From assembly GCA_963817895.1 (NCBI GenBank), contig CAWFQB010000005.1:576001-640000 (forward strand): a stretch of DNA of 64,000 nt. The letters are read 5' to 3'. The translations under genes were made by a program, and so were the position numbers. Shown one piece after another: positions 62,889-64,000 of the stretch (positions are counted from its first letter, which is position 1; every line of letters starts with the position of its first letter). Under the pieces are notes generated by a model. It ran no database searches. It saw only the letters and a list, made by a program, of their open reading frames with translations, and had not been told where the DNA came from. This DNA is from an uncultured Chthonomonadaceae bacterium (GTDB taxonomy: Bacteria; Armatimonadota; Chthonomonadetes; Chthonomonadales; Chthonomonadaceae).

Positions 62889-64000
62889 TCAACCACTTAT
62901 AGCATCCGATATAATAAATGGGGAGTGAATTAATTTTAGATTGTGTACCACCCAAGCGATTAATTTTATTTTGTAGCCTAATTCCTCGGAAGTTACTCTA
63001 CTTGAAGGGTCGTGAATTAAGATATTTCTTAGTTTGTTCAATTCCGAAATTTTTTCTGCGAGGCTTCTAGGAATACTTCCATCTATCACTAACATATCTA
63101 CCAATGTCCTCACAGTCATAGCATGAGGTTCTTTGCTTAAAGACAGACCTTTTTTGCTTGCTAATAGTAACAACTCTGTGTGCAATTCCTTCCAATTATC
63201 TACGAACCTTCCTAATAAGAAACTGGAATTGGCTGCTGCATCTTCTGCTACCAAGTCACGCTCATCCTCTGCTACGCTTACCTGTGGCAGTTTACTTAGA
63301 GCTTCTTCCAATTTCGGCTTAACTTCACCAATTAGTAGATCACACTGTTCAAGGTCGGATTTTGTGAAGCCAGAGTTATGGGCAATCATGCACCGATAAT
63401 CGTATAATTTATTCCATCGTGTGTTCAGCCAACCATCCTCACAGGCGACTAGACGCGAAAAATAGCGTTCCCAATTAGATTGAGGAACAATTGCCTTAAT
63501 TTCTTCAAGTTCCTCAATTGTATTCGCTTTCTTTAGTTTTGCATATATATCCTGATCTGTACTCTTAGAGTAGGGTCTGAGAAGAAAACGAGTAAGATCA
63601 ATGAAATCAATGGAGTACAAAATGGAGGCGCGTTCCTGACGTTGTTTGTTAGCCGCTTCTTTCACCTCTTGTGGAGTTGCTTCTGTAGCCCATTCTTTTC
63701 CTACAGTGATAAGCAGGAAGTTGGCGATAAGTTTCCGCATGAGATTTTCAATCTCATATATTTTTGTATATGCCTGTTTAGAGTAGTATAAAGCAATATC
63801 ATCCCACAACACTTCCAACTGCCCCTTTGCCATCCCCATAACAAGACCGCGAACTGCTTTCAACAGCAAGGTAAGTGCCTCAACCGCTTCTGAGACCACA
63901 CTTTCATCTGGATTTATTTTAAACTTTAATTGAAAGTAGCGTTGGTCTTTGCCACTGATCTCACCAGTGCCAATATGATAGCCGCACTGGAAATTGTTGT
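62889..64000 (-). CDS. Dual HEPN-motif protein, 5' end outside the window
   Basis: IENLMRKLI, DFIDL, SNWERYFS, RCMIAH (RxxxxH) and a second RNILIH; frame open to the window edge. Confidence 0.8.
   Translation of the reverse strand, partial: NNFQCGYHIGTGEISGKDQRYFQLKFKINPDESVVSEAVEALTLLLKAVRGLVMGMAKGQLEVLWDDIALYYSKQAYTKIYEIENLMRKLIANFLLITVGKEWATEATPQEVKEAANKQRQERASILYSIDFIDLTRFLLRPYSKSTDQDIYAKLKKANTIEELEEIKAIVPQSNWERYFSRLVACEDGWLNTRWNKLYDYRCMIAHNSGFTKSDLEQCDLLIGEVKPKLEEALSKLPQVSVAEDERDLVAEDAAANSSFLLGRFVDNWKELHTELLLLASKKGLSLSKEPHAMTVRTLVDMLVIDGSIPRSLAEKISELNKLRNILIHDPSSRVTSEELGYKIKLIAWVVHNLKLIHSPFIISDAISG

Overview
Bacterial chromosomal segment, mostly GC-rich. It is probably Armatimonadota, inferred from gene content: PEP-CTERM proteins, a DUF1559/H-X9-DG prepilin-like gene behind a GntR-LacI regulator, and ECF sigma/anti-sigma pairs. 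Many genes in 1-4.5 kb and 36-58 kb are split by single-base frameshifts, which I read as long-read errors rather than pseudogenes. In order, the window holds: a K+-sensing cluster (histidine kinase, response regulator, KimA-like APC permease, stand-alone KdpD-N/USP); a vapBC islet bracketed by a duplicated kdpD 3' end; a SigH/SigR-like redox module with an MsrPQ-like pair; housekeeping and secreted-protein genes; a defence operon at 22.9-30.4 kb; ispE; a PaaK-like ligase; a TA/immunity cassette; a GH18-CE4-GT2 fusion; and a lower-GC island at the right edge. The best novel-system candidate is the intact five-gene minus-strand operon: DUF4007 (SspB-like), large ATPase (SspC-like), PAPS-reductase fold (SspD-like), MORC/GHKL ATPase, GIY-YIG nuclease. 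This looks like a DNA phosphorothioation core with a non-canonical effector pair in place of SspE/SspFGH. The second candidate is the dual-HEPN / TIR / Ser-Thr kinase island at 60-64 kb. The window also carries many non-autonomous hairpin repeats (7-mer and 9-mer inverted arrays, GTAG REPs, TAA-flanked MITEs), several of them translated inside proteins. I saw no rRNA, tRNA, CRISPR array, integrase or transposase. All family calls come from motif recognition by eye; no database searches were run.
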